Of a DNA stretch of 41,083 nucleotides, positions 37,610 through 41,083 are shown piece by piece (position 1 is the stretch's first letter; every line of letters starts with the position of its first letter). The stretch spans positions 44,737,797-44,778,879 of the forward strand of contig NC_068991.1 of the NCBI RefSeq assembly GCF_001194135.2, given 5' to 3'. The notes below the pieces were generated by a model. It was not told the origin of the DNA, did not search any database, and worked only from the letters and a program-made list of their open reading frames with translations. The DNA comes from Octopus bimaculoides. Taxonomy: Eukaryota. Made by a program: the position numbers and the translations under genes.

Positions 37610-38260
37610 GATTTCATGATGAACTCTCAGGGTACTGACCTGAAAAGTAGCATGTTCCATTTTCTCTTTTATATTCACACTTTATGTATTAATTTATTTC
37701 TTATCGTTTTCTTGTTAAAGTTTGATTTACTAATCTGAAGCAAATTAGCTGGTAAATGCAATTCCGTGCATGATTTTCAATACGTTTCTTTTTCTGTCGG
37801 CAAAGAAAGTAGTTGTACACCGACTGAAAGTGAATTGTATTTCACACACATGCGTGCGCGTGCACTCACACATCTGCGTCAAGTATTAAAGTAAATGCTA
37901 ATATAAAATATAGAACGAATTTGTGTATGTAATGTACGATTTTAACGTTGCATATCTAGTCAGATGACACAGCATTTTTGCAAACTGTCGAAAACTGTGG
38001 TTTAGGTAGTGAGCTTACAGTATCAATAATCAACTTAGTTGTTTCCGATTCTCTTCCTGTGTGAAATGTATTGGGAAAGCCACAAGAACTATAATTCCCA
38101 TCTACTTGTTCCTTGTAGCCAATAGAGCTAATTATCCCTTGATTGATACATCACTAATCAAAAAAGATTGAGCAATCAATCTCTTTTATGACTCTAGCCC
38201 GCGGGATTAACCAAAACAAATCGTTAATTCAATTTTTTCCATTCGTCTATACAAGTTGTT

Positions 38261-38489
38261 ATTTCTTTATTGTCCACAAGGGGCTAGACATAGAGGGGAC
38301 AAACAAGGACAGACAAAGGGATTAAGTCAATTACATCGACCCCAGTGCGTAACTGGTACTTAATTTATCGACCACGAAAGGATGAAAGGCAAAGTCGACC
38401 TCGGCGGAATTTGAACTCAGAACGTAACGGCAGACGAAATACCGCTAAGCATTTCGCCCGGCGTGCTAACGTTTCTGCCAGCTTACCGC
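38261..38489 (-). mobile_element. Young tRNA-derived SINE, same subfamily as 32009-32240, 13-bp TSD
   Basis: Near-identical to the 32009 copy, including the AGAGGGGACAAACAAGG.CAGACAAAGGGATT tail. TSD TATACAAGTTGTT at 38248-60 and 38496-508. Confidence 0.95.
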
Positions 38490-38849
38490 ATTTCATATAC
38501 AAGTTGTTTCTATCGGCGATTTTAAATAACAAGTTCTGCAGAGCAGAGGTTACTTCTCAGTAGGTAGAAAGCCACCTTATTCACAGTTTCCAAAAACTCT
38601 GTACCACTAAGCCAATATATACACAAACACGTTGCCCGAGCGACTTCAACAGTGACACACTCGCGCACACACATAGATACACATACACACAAATGAGAGG
38701 CGATGAATGTGTGTGTGTGTGTGTTTGCTGTTCACTGACAAAACTTCGAGCTGCATTACTTTTGCGAAGTTTTGTCAGTGAACATGTCACGGTTTCAAAG
38801 CGAAGAAAATATTTTGACATAGATGGAATTTTGATGTTAAAGTAAAACT

Positions 38850-39087
38850 GGTACTACTTAAACACAGTGGGCCCTTAACAGTACTACTTAAAAACAGAGG
38901 TACTACTTAAATACAGGTGTTACGTACAAAACATTTTAAATGTACGCTGTGTGGACGTAATGACACCCTAACCCTAATCCACCCTAAAACTAACCCTAAC
39001 CTTAACTCTAAAAATTAACCCTAAAACTAACTCTTCCCTTCATATCGTTACGTAGATGCATCGGGACCTCTGTATTTAAGTTGTGCC
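38850..39087. mobile_element. Short TIR-like element with internal CCCTAA-like repeats; superfamily unknown
   Basis: GGTACTACTTAAATACAG (38899-916) vs rev. comp. of 39070-87, GGCACAACTTAAATACAG (16/18). ACCCTAACCCTAA..CCCTAAAACTAACCCTAAC lies inside. No TSD seen. Confidence 0.55.
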
Positions 39088-39286
39088 GTGAAAGTAACGG
39101 TTTCCGTGTGTTCTTGAATGGCTTACAAACATCTACGCTGCAATTGTTTTTGTTTCAGCACACGATCTCAGATCAAGTCACTTGCTATGCAAGTACATCT
39201 CCGTAATTTTTTAAAATCACTGTGGATAAATGCCAGCAATGACCTTCTCAGGCTCTCCAATATTTTCATTTCTAAACAGTAACAAT

Positions 39287-39984
39287 CGGGGGCAGGGAGT
39301 GGGGTTGCGAAAAATTCATAATTTCTCAAATTTACTTTTTATAGAATATAAATGTATTTTATGGGGAAAAAAATATTGAAAAATTCTGCGAGAGTGATAT
39401 AGAGACGAGGAGGGTTGTCTTTGGATATGCTAGAAACAACAGCGAAATTGCCCTTAGATCACTCACTTTTCCTCTGAAAATAATAACAATTAAAAAAAAA
39501 ATTATCGAAAATGCTCCTCCCATTGTTTTGAAATGCAAAATTAAATTGGCCAAAATAGGTTCGGAGTGGGATGATGAGGGAGGGGTGTAAAAAAAGAGTT
39601 TACAAGACTTACATACAAAGATGCACCCCCCCACCCATCATTTCGAAGGCTGTGGTTTAAAAAAAATGAGGAAAACCCCTGAAAAAAAATTTCCCCACAA
39701 GTTTCTTTATAATCGTAATCTATGCCGCTTGAAAGGGATTTGTATAAATTTTCATTAAAAGATACCCATCTTCCTGAAAGCTATTATGTGTGAAGTCAGA
39801 TCGTGTGAATTTTCCAAAACTCCTCTCTCCACGCTCTCGGAAAAGTTCTTTCTCATAAATCCCTATATACTCTGAAGCCACAACATCTAAGCAGTATTTG
39901 TAGAAAATTTTGTTAAAAAATATCCATTTTTCTGGAAGTCATGAGGCAACATACATCTGTAGTAATGCCCTTTTATTTATACGA
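39287..39984 (-). mobile_element. Helitron-like non-autonomous element related to 2245-4421; 3' end not found
   Basis: Minus-strand 5' end A^TCGTATAAATAAAAGGG...GTATGTTG at 39984. 39287-39600 aligns by eye with 3750-4090 (ATGGGGAAAAA.TATTGAAAAAT; ATATGCTAGAAACAACAGC). Confidence 0.65.
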
Positions 39985-40464
39985 TTTTTTCATTTCATGT
40001 TTATTTCATTCATTGTTTGCAATGTTCTCTCTCCCCTCTCTCTTTCTCACACACACACTGCAAATCTTACAGAAGGGCTGCTGAATTGACATCTCTACGT
40101 TGCTTTGAAGGGAAGGTACAACTGACAAACTGCTTCTCCCTCTGTTGTTGGACTAGCGTGATGTTTGTTTAAAAAGAAGAGATTATGACTGATAAAATAA
40201 TGAAAGCAATACTTACTAAGCAAGTGAGCACTATTATACAAAGAAATAATTAGACGTAAAATATAAAAATTATTAGAATTGGGAATGAAATGTGAAAATA
40301 TTATCAAGTGGGCTAGCAGAAAACTGCCCGGAGGGTGGTCTTTCTGCTAGTGAATTATAATGTTGTAAAAATAATGTCTGACTTGTAGGATAAACCAGAA
40401 ATGGGATTTGTGACATCCCAAAATGTGGGTAACTTTGTTAATTCGACATTGCTGTGCTGAATGC

Positions 40465-40467
<3 letters not shown>

Positions 40468-40525
<58 letters not shown>

Positions 40526-40614
40526 TACACACACACTACCATCTCTACCGTGACCACAACCACCACCACCACCACTGCGGCAGCAGTTAGAGCTACTGTT
40601 GTTGCTATTTTCAA

Positions 40615-40651
<37 letters not shown>

Positions 40652-40980
40652 GCTACCACCATAATCACCATCATCAACACCATCTAATTATTTTTTATTT
40701 CTCCCGCGGCACAAATATTTCTTTCTCACCGAAAGTCATCTCCGCATCCTCCTTACTCCCGCATCCATTTTACTTTCTGGTTACATTGCCAACGTTTTTG
40801 GGCCAAAGAAATCGATCCCACATCAATCATCACTTAACACCAGTTACCTCACTCATAAGTCACTCATCACTCATAACTTACACCAATGCTCCATTTCTGC
40901 TTCTTTTGGCGCTTACAAAAAATTTTCTTCCTCTTCTGTCGTCTGTCTATCTCTCTCTCTCTCTTTCTCCTCCTCTTTCG

Positions 40981-41033
<53 letters not shown>

Positions 41034-41036
41034 TGC

Positions 41037-41068
<32 letters not shown>

Positions 41069-41083
41069 CTGTCTGCCTGTCTG
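40468..41083. repeat. (CA)n, (CAC)n, (CAT)n, (CT)n and terminal (GCCT)n/(GTCT)n microsatellites
   Basis: Read directly from sequence. Confidence 0.95.

Noticed and set aside
38851-38916. CRISPR-like array of three 17-nt repeats
   Set aside because: Eukaryotic context, spacers of only 13 and 2 nt, and no cas genes; better explained as a reiterated transposon end.

Overview
AT-rich, microsatellite-saturated eukaryotic DNA with five N-gaps. The SINE families and repeat landscape look like an octopus (coleoid cephalopod) genome; this is inferred from remembered repeat consensi, not from a search. I find no intact protein-coding gene, and nearly all ORFs in the supplied track are translations of simple repeats or broken transposon frames. 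The window is intergenic or intronic and packed with transposon relics: two Helitron-type elements (one with both termini, a Pif1-helicase C-terminal remnant and an ~850-bp fold-back), four mariner remnants, two RTE-type LINE remnants, an R4/Dong-like RT fragment, a Penelope-like RT/GIY-YIG remnant, a hAT-type MITE, about a dozen copies of a tRNA-derived SINE family (several with clear TSDs) and a second short interspersed repeat. The items most worth checking are the Helitron fold-back and its partner copy, a perfect 20-bp pre-miRNA-sized hairpin (38729-38784), a TIR-like element enclosing telomere-like repeats (38850-39087), and several nested insertions whose order can be read directly. I do not see evidence for a new multi-gene biological system; the findings are structural and mostly TE-related.
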